Source of the DNA: Camelus ferus
Lineage: Eukaryota
Length of the DNA: 64,000 nucleotides
NCBI RefSeq assembly: GCF_009834535.1
Contig: NC_045696.1
Location: 87,670,001-87,734,000, forward strand
Reading direction: 5' to 3'
In this document: one piece after another, positions 63,728 to 64,000 of the stretch
Numbering within the stretch: position 1 is the first letter of the stretch
Layout: each line of letters starts with the position of its first letter
Made by a program: the position numbers and the translations under genes
Notes under the pieces: generated by a model
The model's input: only the letters and a program-made list of their open reading frames with translations
Databases searched by the model: none
Told to the model about the DNA's origin: nothing

Positions 63728-64000
63728 CTAATTTAAACCTTGTATTTTTTTTCTTCCTTTTCTCCTTCTCAAAAGATGATTGTCAATTAAAACTTTTTCT
63801 AAGTGAGATAATCATTAAGCAACCATTCAGATCAACTAATTTAACTTAGCAAGACCTCTATTTTAGTGAGAACCTTTGGCTTTGGTGAGAAAGCCACCAT
63901 GTTCATAACTGTATTCCTATTTTAAATGTATCTCTGCTCTTTCATTAACTTTCATTACTTAATCACTGAGGCATCAGCTTCCTAATCTATAGGAATGAAG

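Noticed and set aside
1..64000. CRISPR arrays, operons, tRNA/rRNA genes, NUMTs or processed pseudogenes
   Set aside because: No regularly spaced repeat-spacer arrays, gene-dense ORFs, cloverleaf or rRNA motifs, or mitochondrial or mRNA-like segments were recognisable by eye

Overview
AT-rich, CpG-depleted mammalian nuclear DNA with no recognisable protein-coding gene, RNA gene or prokaryote-type system. The youngest LINE-1 3' UTRs look cetartiodactyl, most like camelid L1 as I recall it, and I saw no Alu, B1, Bov-A/tA, PRE1 or SINEC copies. Much of the window is interspersed repeat: truncated L1s of several ages, L2 and MIR relics, MaLR/ERVL/ERV1 solo LTRs (MLT1, MLT2, MER68, MER74, MER34-like), a decayed ERV-L gag-pro-pol remnant, and DNA transposon relics (MER63, MER8, MER91-like). 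The longer ORFs in the track are L1 ORF2 debris or look like chance ORFs. L1 and LTR copies are mostly on the + strand and several well-bounded candidate exons lie on the - strand, so the window may be intronic to a - strand, probably non-coding, transcript. The best local oddities are a perfect 21-bp-arm hairpin beside an (AT)n tract (49270-49323), a young/old L1 3' chimera (47892-48217), a compact NF-kB/STAT motif cluster (16779-16843) and a CpG-retaining AP-1 cluster (60817-61784). Repeat family names come from my memory of consensus sequences, not a search, and most boundaries are approximate. I did not find a convincing previously undescribed biological system.
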